From: a virus
Taxonomy: Duplodnaviria; Caudoviricetes
Strand: one strand, 5' to 3'
DNA: 64,000 nucleotides
IMG/VR virus record: IMGVR_UViG_642918906_000001
Span: 252,675 to 316,674 of that record
Shown here: positions 18,533-28,717 of the stretch, one piece after another
How positions within the stretch are numbered: the first letter of the stretch is position 1
Layout: each line of letters begins with the position of its first letter
Made by a program: the position numbers and the translations under genes
Notes under the pieces: generated by a model
What the model saw: the letters and a program-made list of their open reading frames with translations, nothing else
Told to the model about the DNA's origin: nothing
Database searches by the model: none

Positions 18533-18569
18533 TAGAAGCCTTTTAAACGCTATATTACATTTGTGAATT
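18533..18569 (+). promoter_or_regulatory. phiKZ-type early promoter
   Basis: TAGAAGCCTTTTAAACGC-TATATTAC-ATTTGTGAATT. Confidence 0.85.
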
Positions 18570-18594
18570 CAATATTAACCCAAGGAGCATTACC

Positions 18595-18705
18595 ATGGAA
18601 ATTAAAGATGTTGTTAAACAAATTGATACAGTCGTAGCCATCGGCGTTGGCGCCATCGCTACACTGGTTGTACTCACCGCAATCGTTCTTCCAAGCAAGC
18701 GCTAA
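18595..18705 (+). CDS. Early single-TM micropeptide (36 aa)
   Basis: AAGGAG RBS; VVAIGVGAIATLVVLTAIVL. Confidence 0.7.
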   Translation: MEIKDVVKQIDTVVAIGVGAIATLVVLTAIVLPSKR

Positions 18706-18713
18706 GGTCCCCC

Positions 18714-18956
18714 ATGCAACTGACTAACACTGTAACGGCTTGGACCAACCAGCTTCATCATGCATTGGGTAACAAGATCGAGGAAATGATTGTAGCTGAT
18801 CTCCCATCGTTCGAAGCAGATGAAGAACTCCGCGGTTTCTTCGATCAGACCTACCTGGATCTGTACCAGCACGAAGCTTGCCCTAAGGTGCGAGCCGAAG
18901 TGATTGCTGTGATCCAAGTGCATGACCATAAGCTCTGCCGGATTCAAATGCATTAA
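18714..18956 (+). CDS. Hypothetical early protein
   Basis: TAAGG RBS. Confidence 0.65.
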   Translation: MQLTNTVTAWTNQLHHALGNKIEEMIVADLPSFEADEELRGFFDQTYLDLYQHEACPKVRAEVIAVIQVHDHKLCRIQMH

Positions 18957-18999
18957 AAATTGGACTCTGGTCCATCAACTTAAAGACTGGAGTATCCAA

Positions 19000-19344
19000 A
19001 TGTCCAAATTCAAAAATGCTGTAAATATTACATTGTTCACGATGGGTGTAGCCGGCCTGTTTGTAGACTTTTATAGTCGCAGCAAAAAGGCACATCTTCG
19101 CAACGAACATGATGACGTATCGAACTGGTTTACCATTCAGCGTCATCAGATCGACCTGCTTGAAATCCAAGCCTGCTTGTCCGGCCAAGGTCCAGCTAAG
19201 TTGGTTGAGAATCTGGCGGGTGTTAAGAACATCATCGCTTACGAAAGTATCGATCGTTTCCCAGGTAGTCCAGATGCCGCTGGCGCGCTGACGAACCTGA
19301 ATGATTACATTGACGAAATCATCAAAAGATATCAAGGAGTATAA
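19000..19344 (+). CDS. Hypothetical membrane-anchored protein
   Basis: GGAG RBS before MSKFK. Confidence 0.7.
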   Translation: MSKFKNAVNITLFTMGVAGLFVDFYSRSKKAHLRNEHDDVSNWFTIQRHQIDLLEIQACLSGQGPAKLVENLAGVKNIIAYESIDRFPGSPDAAGALTNLNDYIDEIIKRYQGV

Positions 19345-19345
19345 A

Positions 19346-19582
19346 ATGGTTTTCAACCCCAAGAAGGAAGGCAATAAACTGGTCTACTGCACTCGCAACG
19401 CAAAAGTCGTTGCTGCTAAAGATCTGTGGCCTGAACTGGACAACACTGACGGCATCAACGTACTGCAAGCCGAGCACTATGTTCATGACGAGTGGCACCC
19501 AATCCGTACATCCATGATCGTTGACATCCGTGGCAACGATTACGAAACCCGCAATTCCATCTACCGCGTTATCGATAAGTAA
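19346..19582 (+). CDS. Hypothetical protein
   Basis: AAGGAG RBS; IRTS.IV....YETRNSIY, a pattern common in phage small proteins. Confidence 0.75.
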   Translation: MVFNPKKEGNKLVYCTRNAKVVAAKDLWPELDNTDGINVLQAEHYVHDEWHPIRTSMIVDIRGNDYETRNSIYRVIDK

Positions 19583-19592
19583 GGAATCGAGT

Positions 19593-19979
19593 ATGTCTCG
19601 TAAGAACAGTACCATCATCGCTATCGCGGTACATCCGAAACTCAGTATCGGTGACAAGTTCTATCGCGTTGGTTACAGTGGCGTGACCGAGATCGAACTG
19701 ACCACCAAACCGTTTTGGTACAGCTACAAGAGTTTCCCAGGTGGTCATTGGGAAATAGGCTTTAAGTCAGTGAGTCAGTCTGAAGGATCGTTTAATAAAA
19801 CCATGATCCTGGCCGATGAAGGTTTCACCGGTTTCGTTTATGACGATCGACCAAATCGTCTGGTGAAGAATGCAGAGGACATCGTGCAAGCGCAGATGGC
19901 TTACGATGCTTGGCTGGACCTTTCCAATCAGGAAGCGGAATTCTACACCCGTTCAGCTGACTACCACGACGGCTATTAA
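19593..19979 (+). CDS. Hypothetical protein
   Basis: TAAGGA RBS. Confidence 0.75.
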   Translation: MSRKNSTIIAIAVHPKLSIGDKFYRVGYSGVTEIELTTKPFWYSYKSFPGGHWEIGFKSVSQSEGSFNKTMILADEGFTGFVYDDRPNRLVKNAEDIVQAQMAYDAWLDLSNQEAEFYTRSADYHDGY

Positions 19980-20022
19980 GCCATCCCGTAATAAATCAAA
20001 ACTAACTAAGGAGCAATATCAA

Positions 20023-20256
20023 ATGTTTAATACTACTCATATCGGCGACACCATGATCCTGACTCCAGATGTAGTTCGCATGACGCCTGAGCGTGAGCAG
20101 GCCATTCGCGACTTCACCGCTGAGCACGGTTCCGTAGTGAGCGCTTCCATCGACACGAATGTTGACGGTACCCTGAAATCTGTCGATCTGTTCGGCGGTA
20201 ACAAGGCTACCCGTGAATCGTTCCGTGAGTCGTTGGCAAAAGTGGCTCTCTACTGA
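20023..20256 (+). CDS. Hypothetical protein
   Basis: TAAGGAG RBS; followed by hairpin 20264-20292. Confidence 0.75.
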   Translation: MFNTTHIGDTMILTPDVVRMTPEREQAIRDFTAEHGSVVSASIDTNVDGTLKSVDLFGGNKATRESFRESLAKVALY

Positions 20257-20320
20257 GCCGGGGTGCATTGGGGACCATCGGGTCCCCAAGCATTAACTTA
20301 TTTTTTCGGAGTTTTTGGTA

Positions 20321-21022
20321 ATGGAGCTTTATCGCGATTTGGTATTCAAGCGTAACATTCATGGATACGCTGAAGAAACGCGTGTACAGTTGTACCGCAC
20401 TCACATCCGTCAACTACCATTCTGGGTAGTGTACCACCCACATAACGAAGAACTTGATCTTCGCAAAGTTGAAAAGCTGGGTTCGTACTTCCTTGCTCCA
20501 GAAAGCGTGGTAGGTTATTTCAGGTCTTTCTATAACGCATGGGCAACCGGTAGTGAGTTCATCCCATCGATTGATATGACGGATGAAGCACTGCACGCAC
20601 TGCGTAGCGCAAGACCTGACCCTAATGGTCTGATGTACCGCGTCATCTACCGTAACCCGTTTGCCGACATCCCAGAGTGTGCGTTCGGCCATGGTTTATA
20701 CGACATCGATGAACCGCGTTTTGTATCTACCAAGACTAGTAGCATTGGTCATTGGTGTATCTACAACGAACACGTGGCAAAAGCAGTTACTCGCGTTCAT
20801 GCTGCGATGCCTTTTAGCGGATACGTATGGGACCGTCTTTGCAATAACCCTAGTGGTGGTTACATGGTAGTCCAAGCCACACCATTCAATCCGTCAGGAA
20901 ACCCTATCGAGGGTGAAGAATGGCGTGACATTGAAGAGGCCCCCGTTTGGAACATTAGTGTTCGACTGGACTTCAATGCAGATATGTCTGATATAGAAAC
21001 AATCTTTGAACTTAAACACTGA
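20321..21022 (+). CDS. Hypothetical protein
   Basis: GGAG RBS, ~233 aa. Confidence 0.8.
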   Translation: MELYRDLVFKRNIHGYAEETRVQLYRTHIRQLPFWVVYHPHNEELDLRKVEKLGSYFLAPESVVGYFRSFYNAWATGSEFIPSIDMTDEALHALRSARPDPNGLMYRVIYRNPFADIPECAFGHGLYDIDEPRFVSTKTSSIGHWCIYNEHVAKAVTRVHAAMPFSGYVWDRLCNNPSGGYMVVQATPFNPSGNPIEGEEWRDIEEAPVWNISVRLDFNADMSDIETIFELKH

Positions 21023-21033
21023 GGAGGTAAAAC

Positions 21034-21513
21034 ATGCAGCATTATGGCATGGTCGCACAAAAGCTGGATCAACACAATACTTTTATGGAAACTGGACGTC
21101 GTCCATCCCTTCCGGGCCAGCAATACAAAGTAGAATATCTTGAAAGTGCCGATAACCTGTATTCGGTTACATCCGACTGGCAAGGTTTCCCTAACTTCAT
21201 GGTATGGAATGACGACCTCACGGTGATCTTCGATCCAATCGGACATTTCAGCTCCAAAGAAGTATTCGATATCGTGTCTGGACATATGGCCAACATGACC
21301 GATGAAGAACGTAAACTGTTCGATCCTATTCTGATCCAGTTGATTACCCTCAATGGGATCAACCAGATCGTTCTCGGCGATGACTTCATCGAGATCTATA
21401 CTCATGTCGCAGGTAAACAAAAACTGCTACTAGTCACCGTAATGAATATGATTGATACATCGGAACGATCGATCGACCGCATCCACTGGCGTAGTCGTTC
21501 CACACTTAACTAA
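21034..21513 (+). CDS. Hypothetical protein
   Basis: GAGGAGG RBS. Confidence 0.8.
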   Translation: MQHYGMVAQKLDQHNTFMETGRRPSLPGQQYKVEYLESADNLYSVTSDWQGFPNFMVWNDDLTVIFDPIGHFSSKEVFDIVSGHMANMTDEERKLFDPILIQLITLNGINQIVLGDDFIEIYTHVAGKQKLLLVTVMNMIDTSERSIDRIHWRSRSTLN

Positions 21514-21542
21514 TTGGGGACTTTGGTCCCCATCGAGGGACC

Positions 21543-21812
21543 ATGATTCCTATTACGATCTTTAAACATACCTCGGGCGACTGGGTAGCTAATTGGGGCG
21601 GTCGCATTCACCATGTTACGTTTAACCCAACCGATGATTTGACATTCGTGTCATTGGGGTTGACTGACTTTGGTGCCGTTAAGTTTGAACTAAACCCGCG
21701 TGGAGTGATCCTAGGGGTTTATAATAACCGCACGGAGCAACCGCTTGAAGAGCTTGCATTCCCAGTAAACCACTCACTGTACCGTGAGTTAAATATAGGT
21801 AGGCCTGTATGA
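21543..21812 (+). CDS. Hypothetical protein
   Basis: GAGG RBS. Confidence 0.7.
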   Translation: MIPITIFKHTSGDWVANWGGRIHHVTFNPTDDLTFVSLGLTDFGAVKFELNPRGVILGVYNNRTEQPLEELAFPVNHSLYRELNIGRPV

Positions 21813-22261
21813 AAACCCGCTATGCAAAACGTGAAGGGTGTGTACCTGATTGGGCGTCATGCATCCGCACCAACCTTGCTCCACCTAGTTTCCAAAGGAA
21901 ACCCATGACCATCGAATTGGATGATGGTTCCGTAGTCTGTGGAAGTCACCTTCATGCAGATGGTCGGCGTTTTAACTTCAGGGATGTTTACGGCACACCA
22001 GTCGATAAAGATTGGGAATACCTACATATCACTCAGCTTAGCTATACCGCTGAGGATGGCAGTACCCAGATCGTCGAAGTAGACCCACGCAATCCACACA
22101 TCATCAACAAAACTCACGTGACTACCAAAATGGGCTACGTGACTAAAGTTAATGGTAAGCGTTGGGGCGTGATGGTTCATCTGAACTGGCGTACCGGTGA
22201 TACCCAAATCATTCCTGACCAAGGTTCCCCAATCACGGGTGCCTTGATCCAACTGATCTAA
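21809..22261 (+). CDS. Hypothetical protein
   Basis: ATGA overlap; followed by hairpin 22265-22282. Confidence 0.75.
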   Translation: MKTRYAKREGCVPDWASCIRTNLAPPSFQRKPMTIELDDGSVVCGSHLHADGRRFNFRDVYGTPVDKDWEYLHITQLSYTAEDGSTQIVEVDPRNPHIINKTHVTTKMGYVTKVNGKRWGVMVHLNWRTGDTQIIPDQGSPITGALIQLI

Positions 22262-22303
22262 TACGTCTCCCTTCGGGGAGACTTCTATTCCTTAGGAGTC
22301 AAT

Positions 22304-22468
22304 ATGCTATCAGATGATGCATGGGATAAGTTATGCGATGAACTGAAAAAGAATCCTATCCCTGCGGTGCGTGTAGCCACATTCCCACAGCGCGATGCAC
22401 CTATGGTCATGACTGACAAATGTAGTGGTATTTATCCGATCCGTGAACTTAAAAAGGACCGTAAGTAA
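22304..22468 (+). CDS. Small protein (54 aa, not in ORF track)
   Basis: AGGAG RBS; MLSDDAWDKLCDEL...; TAATG coupling to next ORF. Confidence 0.6.
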   Translation: MLSDDAWDKLCDELKKNPIPAVRVATFPQRDAPMVMTDKCSGIYPIRELKKDRK

Positions 22469-22815
22469 TGTACGTCGAATTTTTCAATATCTCAACGCAA
22501 AAATGTTATTACCTGTGCGGTACCCTGGCAGACCCAGTTGCCATAGTGTACAAGCGCAATGTAACTGACATGATGTTGAAACTTGATGTTGAGATGAAAG
22601 TTATGGACGTGTTCGATATTGTCCGTCCAGTGGTGGATCGACTCATAGAAGTTGAAGGTAGTGGTTTCTGGGTGGTAAAGATCTTCGACTTCACGGACGA
22701 ATCTACTACAAGTATAACCAGACACCGTCTCACCAAAGAATACGGAATCTACCGTGTAGGTGAACCAACTTATATTGATGGCGTCCTGCAACCAACGAAA
22801 TTCATTTCGGTTTAG
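22468..22815 (+). CDS. Hypothetical protein
   Basis: AAGGA RBS. Confidence 0.7.
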   Translation: MYVEFFNISTQKCYYLCGTLADPVAIVYKRNVTDMMLKLDVEMKVMDVFDIVRPVVDRLIEVEGSGFWVVKIFDFTDESTTSITRHRLTKEYGIYRVGEPTYIDGVLQPTKFISV

Positions 22816-22926
22816 CAGTAGAATCAAAATCACATTTACATTATAGACCAGCAGTAAACAAACTAATACTATCCCCGAATCATCGTGGAGTAAGTTTATG
22901 GCTAAAATTAGAAATGGGGAAACGAA

Positions 22927-23205
22927 ATGGGTTGGTTTAGAGAAGTCGCTGGATTGATTGATCACGTTGCAAAGTCTGACGTCGTACGTGGCATGATTCT
23001 ACAAGCGAACAGTGATATCTATCTACATAAGACAGATCGTGAAAACGGTTATACCGAAGTTAAGTATGCAAACGAAGGTGACGATCTTGAAGTCCTTTGT
23101 GAGGATCTTGAGATCGAAGGGGGCTTTCGCGTAATCAATCGTGACAATCATGACCAAATCGAAACGGTACAACTAACTGATCTTGATGATGGGAGTCATT
23201 CATGA
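22927..23205 (+). CDS. Hypothetical acidic protein
   Basis: GGGG RBS-like, operon position. Confidence 0.7.
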   Translation: MGWFREVAGLIDHVAKSDVVRGMILQANSDIYLHKTDRENGYTEVKYANEGDDLEVLCEDLEIEGGFRVINRDNHDQIETVQLTDLDDGSHS

Positions 23206-23396
23206 AACGTGCACGTCTAAAAGAAGCAATCGTTAATGTTGTATTGGATATACCTATCACCTTGGCTCCAGCTGGTGCGGAAGTAACGATCCTTGAAGAT
23301 AATGGTTCCAACTATGAAGTTGCTTATTATGGCGGGGAATCGCCTTCGACGACTTTCTATGTCCGTCCTAACCAAGTGGAGCTGATCAATGAGTAA
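23202..23396 (+). CDS. Small SH3-like protein
   Basis: AGAEVTIL...YEVAY...FYVRPNQVE. Confidence 0.65.
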   Translation: MKRARLKEAIVNVVLDIPITLAPAGAEVTILEDNGSNYEVAYYGGESPSTTFYVRPNQVELINE

Positions 23397-23955
23397 TCCT
23401 CCTTTTATCTCAAGTCATCAAGCGAGACAGCAGGTTGTTGATGCAATTGAACAGGTGACAAGTCGCATTGATACATTTGGCTTCGCTATCTGGCCATTGA
23501 TGCCCTACACTGAACGAGGTATCCCACCAGGCTTCATTACCATTGGCTGCACCAAGATTGGTATCCCTGAGTTCTACGTATCGGGTATTCCGGCACACTC
23601 TGATGAAGCTGATCAGCTCATTAAAACCCTGCGTGAGTTCTACAGCTATGCTCGTGACAATGCAATGGGTATAGAGCCGATGGAATTGTGTCATATGGTC
23701 AACACCCGTGATGAAGGTCAGATTGTCCCACAATACCAATATCGGCCAGTAGACTCTGAGCGGCTGATGTATGGTCAGTGCACTATCTTGCGTCACTGGG
23801 CAGAGTCGGTCGGACTGAAAGAACAGGTGATGGGTGTTCAGATTGTACATCGCCAGACACCAGAAGCTGACTTCCCTATGTACTCAACCCCAGCCCAACT
23901 GTTGTTGGATTGGACTCCATTCGGATTTAAACAAGAGGTTGTAACGGGGGTTTAA
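23389..23955 (+). CDS. DUF4262-like protein
   Basis: FITIGCTKIGIPEFYVSGIP resembles the DUF4262 FxYTVGL..xPELvv.GLP motif. Confidence 0.6.
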   Translation: MSNPPFISSHQARQQVVDAIEQVTSRIDTFGFAIWPLMPYTERGIPPGFITIGCTKIGIPEFYVSGIPAHSDEADQLIKTLREFYSYARDNAMGIEPMELCHMVNTRDEGQIVPQYQYRPVDSERLMYGQCTILRHWAESVGLKEQVMGVQIVHRQTPEADFPMYSTPAQLLLDWTPFGFKQEVVTGV

Positions 23956-24299
23956 TGGTACTAGAAGACATCAACGTTGCGCGTCCACGTTACTTACAGT
24001 GGACGCTCTTTAGGGATTACCATTACGCTGTGTTCAACGAGCGTGGGGAAATGGTTATGATCCTGGTGATGACTAAAGGTACCTTGCGTAGTTACTGGGT
24101 TAAAGAGTTAAATCCTAAAACACAAAACGTGGTTTATGAAAACCATGAGATCCATGCTCGGATGATGGCTTGCCGTTACATACGTGAGTCTGAAGATCTG
24201 GTTGCAAAGCTTGAGTCAGAGCAACCACCCGGACAGTACTTCCTTTCGGTTGTTAACGCATCGGGTAAAAGACTTTACAACATTTCGATCTGGATCTAA
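23955..24299 (+). CDS. Hypothetical protein
   Basis: TAATG coupling. Confidence 0.75.
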   Translation: MVLEDINVARPRYLQWTLFRDYHYAVFNERGEMVMILVMTKGTLRSYWVKELNPKTQNVVYENHEIHARMMACRYIRESEDLVAKLESEQPPGQYFLSVVNASGKRLYNISIWI

Positions 24300-24350
24300 G
24301 TTTTACCGAACAGCTTGATACTCTGTATTAAACCATTAAGAGGCTATGAG

Positions 24351-24899
24351 ATGACACAGGTTCTTCGCGTTGGTAAGTTCTCCGGTAAATATGAATTCCT
24401 CGATAAGGAAGCGCAAGTTATCAGTCCAGAGACTGGTTCTGGACTGATTTCATCGGAGGATGCCGATGTTCTGTTGGAACGGATTCGTCAAGGGTATCAG
24501 TACATTCCAGGTGGCCACTATATTCTGCGTCTTGAAGACGTCGGTGGTATGGACGGCTATTTTGAATTTACTGAGATGATTACCTTCGACACAGATGACG
24601 ATGGTTATGCGATCCCTCGCCATACTCAGCTGGTTACCCAGGCTGCGTTTGATGCCCCATTCTCCGATCACAACCAGATCCTTACAGCTAACGCCTTTAT
24701 CGATTACGCTGAGCGTGTGATTCGTTGGATGAATAATCCAATCGGTTTTGATCAATATGTGTATGATCCAGCGCAAGCTGTGAAGGCATGTGATATCGAT
24801 GACGACGTGGCTGTACTCATGACAGTCGGGGCACGTTATCTGATGCGCGATAAACCAACTCATTACTCTCTGATCCCTACGCGGTTCTACGTGAGGTAA
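24351..24899 (+). CDS. Hypothetical protein
   Basis: GAGG RBS. Confidence 0.75.
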   Translation: MTQVLRVGKFSGKYEFLDKEAQVISPETGSGLISSEDADVLLERIRQGYQYIPGGHYILRLEDVGGMDGYFEFTEMITFDTDDDGYAIPRHTQLVTQAAFDAPFSDHNQILTANAFIDYAERVIRWMNNPIGFDQYVYDPAQAVKACDIDDDVAVLMTVGARYLMRDKPTHYSLIPTRFYVR

Positions 24900-24901
24900 C
24901 T

Positions 24902-25417
24902 ATGGATACACCTAAGGTTCTCTACCATGGGTCGCTTTATAAACAGAATGAACTCATGCCAGGCATTAAACGCTCGGGTGAGCTCACTGTATGGGATGGG
25001 GTAGAGACCAACCAGAATCTTTACGCTACTACTGACCCACAGGAAGCTGCTTTACTGGGGATAGGTTCAGCAGCCGAGAAGACGTTTGATACAGATCGGT
25101 TTATTGAACTGGACGGTAACATCTGGTTGTTTACACAAACCCAGATCGACATCAACGATTTCTTGGAGATGGTTATCTATCGATACACCATTCCGGTTCG
25201 GCCACAAGATGGTTGGACCAAGAACAACAACCCGTACAACAATATTGATACTGAGTGGATCACACAGAAAACCATCCATGGTGTAAAGTGTGAGAAACTC
25301 GATATCCGTAAAGTAATGCGTGGGCATACTGTGACAGTAACTCAAGCTCCGGTCGACGTAAGTTTACCTGAGATTACTACTCGTTATGGTAGCGATACAA
25401 AAGTGTATAAACTGTGA
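24902..25417 (+). CDS. ADP-ribosyltransferase-fold (H-Y-E type) protein
   Basis: LYHGS ... LYATTD ... TEWIT. Confidence 0.6.
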   Translation: MDTPKVLYHGSLYKQNELMPGIKRSGELTVWDGVETNQNLYATTDPQEAALLGIGSAAEKTFDTDRFIELDGNIWLFTQTQIDINDFLEMVIYRYTIPVRPQDGWTKNNNPYNNIDTEWITQKTIHGVKCEKLDIRKVMRGHTVTVTQAPVDVSLPEITTRYGSDTKVYKL

Positions 25418-25455
25418 GTGGCTTAGCCACTCACTTATTCCGTTAAGGATACAAT

Positions 25456-25707
25456 ATGGATTTTTGGTCTGGACTGTTTATAGCGTTCTCGGGTGGTGCG
25501 TGTGTATACGCTTCACTGGGACTGATGTTGATTTATCGATATTGGTTTGAATCAGGTGCTAACCGTGGTGAAATCGCATGCACTCTTCGGGGTGTGGGGT
25601 TAACATTGATGGTGGGCATTTTGGTTCCAGCCATTTTACTAACACTGCACCTCACCGAGGTGATTACAATGTGGCGAGTCGGTTATGAGATCTTACGAGT
25701 ACAATGA
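25456..25707 (+). CDS. Two-TM membrane protein
   Basis: TAAGGA RBS; two hydrophobic segments. Confidence 0.7.
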   Translation: MDFWSGLFIAFSGGACVYASLGLMLIYRYWFESGANRGEIACTLRGVGLTLMVGILVPAILLTLHLTEVITMWRVGYEILRVQ

Positions 25708-25812
25708 CGAAGACTTCGAGCGGTTTGTTTTAGGTAGTACAGGTAACATGGGGCCGGGCGGTTTTATCGCTTTGGTTATCTTGATTCTTGTTTGTTTGAT
25801 ATGGTGGTTTAA

Positions 25813-26055
25813 ATGAGTCAGTCGGCACCTAGATTCACGTTTTCAAATGTGCTGGAGCTACCATGTGGCACCACTACTGATTCACCCATCATTCGTATTC
25901 CACTGCGTGAAGAGTACCGGAGTAAGTTCAATGCCGCAGCGGCTCGGGATATTTTGAACTCCTTTAGCTTTGACGATATAAAGATCGTACTCTTGGATTA
26001 CCCAGAGTACGGCCCATTCGATAAAGTTGTTGGCTTTTCGGTACAACCAAAATAA
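25813..26055 (+). CDS. Hypothetical protein
   Basis: ORF in operon. Confidence 0.65.
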   Translation: MSQSAPRFTFSNVLELPCGTTTDSPIIRIPLREEYRSKFNAAAARDILNSFSFDDIKIVLLDYPEYGPFDKVVGFSVQPK

Positions 26056-26066
26056 GAAGGGCATCT

Positions 26067-26366
26067 ATGCACTTTAATGTAGAACTTAAAGTTAAACTCA
26101 CAGCGGAATACTGGTTCATCTACCGTACCATTAATGGCTGGGGTTTAACCCGTAGAATGCGCAACGCCACTGATTTCGATACATTCGCCGAAGCCAAGGC
26201 GGCCGTGTTGGAGTTGGTTAAAATGGATCGTTCAGCGTTCCGTAAGTTCATTCATAAAGAAGATGACTTTGATACCCCCGTCTCACTAACCGTCCTCAGT
26301 CATATGACTGAGGGTGCAGAGAAGCAATCTTTCCAAAAACTATATACTTTCAACGATCAGGAGTAA
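26067..26366 (+). CDS. Hypothetical protein
   Basis: AAGGG RBS. Confidence 0.7.
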   Translation: MHFNVELKVKLTAEYWFIYRTINGWGLTRRMRNATDFDTFAEAKAAVLELVKMDRSAFRKFIHKEDDFDTPVSLTVLSHMTEGAEKQSFQKLYTFNDQE

Positions 26367-26370
26367 TGAG

Positions 26371-27198
26371 ATGTCTAAGCGTTATAAGAACGAGCGTTAT
26401 CACGTAGCTGTTCCACATCCACAACTGAGTGCCGCTCAGTCAGTATACGCTCGAGAAACCATGAACCGCCTGTTGGCCGATGTCGATCTGGCGGACTGGT
26501 TCGGTAAAGATGACGAAGATGGTACAGTGCATTATGTGTTCCGTACCTACAAGCTCGGTAAAGTAGTTGAAGAAGCTTTACTCGCGGAATGCAGTAGGCT
26601 GACCGATGCTCATCGTGTATGGGGTCAGCGTCATTGGGTTAGGAAGCCTAGTCGTATCCATGTAGGTCTGTTTACCGACGAAGGTATCTGTGCTATTGTG
26701 GCACCCGGTGATACCTTCAAGGGGATGATGTTCAAACAAGTCAATGGTAAAGTTACCCAAGGTTGGTTTAATCAATCAGGGAAACATTTACCATCAAGAG
26801 AACTGGGTAAGCTCGTACGGTTATGGTTCCAAGGTGAGTCTACTGCCGTATGGAACGCACAGCGTCGATTCCGCTATGAGATGGATAACCCGGAGTCCAA
26901 GCATTACGGTGATATCGAATACGCCTTGGAGAAAGCTCGTGACCTACTGGGTAATAACGCGGCCATCCATTGTGTAAACGATAAAGGTGATCTTTATACC
27001 ATCTCGGCATATGGGATTGAAGCATCCAATTACTGCACCAAGTTCGATCGTGGTGAACAGTGGGTGTTTGAATATGGTGTTGTTCCAGTGGGTATCCCGC
27101 ATGAGGATGTGGTTTATAGCACGGGTAAGAAATCGGTCTTTAAGCAACAGCTCTTAGTGGCGAATACTATGACTATTCTCAAACGAGTTTGTATGTAA
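26371..27198 (+). CDS. Paralog family B, member 1
   Basis: AGGAG RBS; LWFQGESTAV motif. Confidence 0.8.
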   Translation: MSKRYKNERYHVAVPHPQLSAAQSVYARETMNRLLADVDLADWFGKDDEDGTVHYVFRTYKLGKVVEEALLAECSRLTDAHRVWGQRHWVRKPSRIHVGLFTDEGICAIVAPGDTFKGMMFKQVNGKVTQGWFNQSGKHLPSRELGKLVRLWFQGESTAVWNAQRRFRYEMDNPESKHYGDIEYALEKARDLLGNNAAIHCVNDKGDLYTISAYGIEASNYCTKFDRGEQWVFEYGVVPVGIPHEDVVYSTGKKSVFKQQLLVANTMTILKRVCM

Positions 27199-27207
27199 GG
27201 AGTTATA

Positions 27208-28029
27208 ATGCGTACGCCCTATGTATTTAAGTTGGCTTCGGATGCACCTGCTCCCGAGGTAGCAAAGATCTTCAACATTATCCATTCGATGGATCGTGTT
27301 GATAAAAACGACACTCATAAAATCCATGAGGTGCTGTATCGAGATCCTCGTGGTAAGTATCGTACTTACATCGTGCCGTTCGACGAGGAAACAGGTTGCA
27401 AGTTCCAGCAACGTTGTAATGCTGCCGGTCTAAGTGCGTGCATTGATACGGAATACGTAAGTCCACCAGATCGGCATTACGTGGATGTACAGGCGTCTGG
27501 GTTGATTAAACTGCACTGGAGTAAGAAGGATACCTTTATTAGGGTTAAACCTGATGATACGTACCGTCATGAAATCCTTGGTCCAACCTCGGAGCAGACT
27601 GGGATTTACCCAAAAGAGATTTTCTTTGTGGGTCCCATTAAGCAGATCAACAAGGCCTATCGTCGTTACCTTTCAGTGATGCGTAAGCTCCATACCAGTA
27701 ATGGTTACCTCACTACGTATCAACTGGACGATATTCTCAGTGCAATCGAGACTACCGGTGAGGCTTATGGTGGTGCGATGTATATTCTGACCGAGACTGG
27801 GTTGATCGCTCAATTGACTCGCACTGGATTCCATTGGGTAATTAACCGTCCGCCAGTTAGTGAGGATCAGCGTCGTAGTCGGGTGATCCACGGGTATAAC
27901 GAAACGGTCATTGGTGTCGGTAAAGCAGATTGGTACACAAACTACTTTCGTGGGCGGGTAAAGAACCTAGCGTTTTGTGAGTCTTTGCTCAAAGCGGGTG
28001 TTACTCAAGAAGCTTACCTGAAACTTTAA
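27208..28029 (+). CDS. Paralog family B, member 2
   Basis: TAAGGAG RBS; IFFVGPIKQI motif; terminator 28037-28054. Confidence 0.8.
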   Translation: MRTPYVFKLASDAPAPEVAKIFNIIHSMDRVDKNDTHKIHEVLYRDPRGKYRTYIVPFDEETGCKFQQRCNAAGLSACIDTEYVSPPDRHYVDVQASGLIKLHWSKKDTFIRVKPDDTYRHEILGPTSEQTGIYPKEIFFVGPIKQINKAYRRYLSVMRKLHTSNGYLTTYQLDDILSAIETTGEAYGGAMYILTETGLIAQLTRTGFHWVINRPPVSEDQRRSRVIHGYNETVIGVGKADWYTNYFRGRVKNLAFCESLLKAGVTQEAYLKL

Positions 28030-28074
28030 TTAATCTGCCTCCCTTCGGGGAGGCTCTATTTCGAGGAGTAATAG

Positions 28075-28443
28075 ATGTCCTGTACTAATGAAATGGCTGA
28101 GATGTTGATCCACTGGTATAGCAACTTACCCGACAGTCAATTGGTATCCCCTCAGTTCCGTCGTGAAGCTCTGTGTGCCGTAACAGAGCTTACTGCTTAC
28201 GATGCCATTCATCACATCGTAAGGAATAGTCCAGAAGCTTTCCAGGTCTATGTAGGTTATCCTAGCTATCTCATTATCCGTCCTTCAGTAGGTGGATTGT
28301 TCACAACCTCGGAAATGCGCTATCAATCCCAATTACCAGAGGGCGGTTATTCGCAACTACATTCGGTGGGGACCAATACAGCATTCGATGCGATGATCAA
28401 CCTCAAGCAGCGTTATGAGTGGGAGATGGCTAATGGACAATAA
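28075..28443 (+). CDS. Hypothetical protein
   Basis: GAGGAG RBS. Confidence 0.75.
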   Translation: MSCTNEMAEMLIHWYSNLPDSQLVSPQFRREALCAVTELTAYDAIHHIVRNSPEAFQVYVGYPSYLIIRPSVGGLFTTSEMRYQSQLPEGGYSQLHSVGTNTAFDAMINLKQRYEWEMANGQ

Positions 28444-28717
28444 ACCTGTCAACGGGATTTACAAGACTCGACCTAACTGGTACAAACAAACCGGTTGGCC
28501 TGAGGATCGTCATGTCTTCATTCAAGGCGATTCAGTTTGTCTTGTAGATTACATCGCTTACGGTGAGGAGTCTTATCATCGTGAGATCTACAGTTACCAT
28601 AGTTTCTTCGAGGCGAATGAACTTGGTGAACGTGTAGGTCCATTACCTGAAGGTGATTTCAGTATCTGGACTTATCAAGGTCCACCCAAGGAGGAAGGGA
28701 AATGTCTTACGCCCTGA
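28433..28717 (+). CDS. Hypothetical protein
   Basis: GGAG RBS. Confidence 0.7.
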   Translation: MDNKPVNGIYKTRPNWYKQTGWPEDRHVFIQGDSVCLVDYIAYGEESYHREIYSYHSFFEANELGERVGPLPEGDFSIWTYQGPPKEEGKCLTP

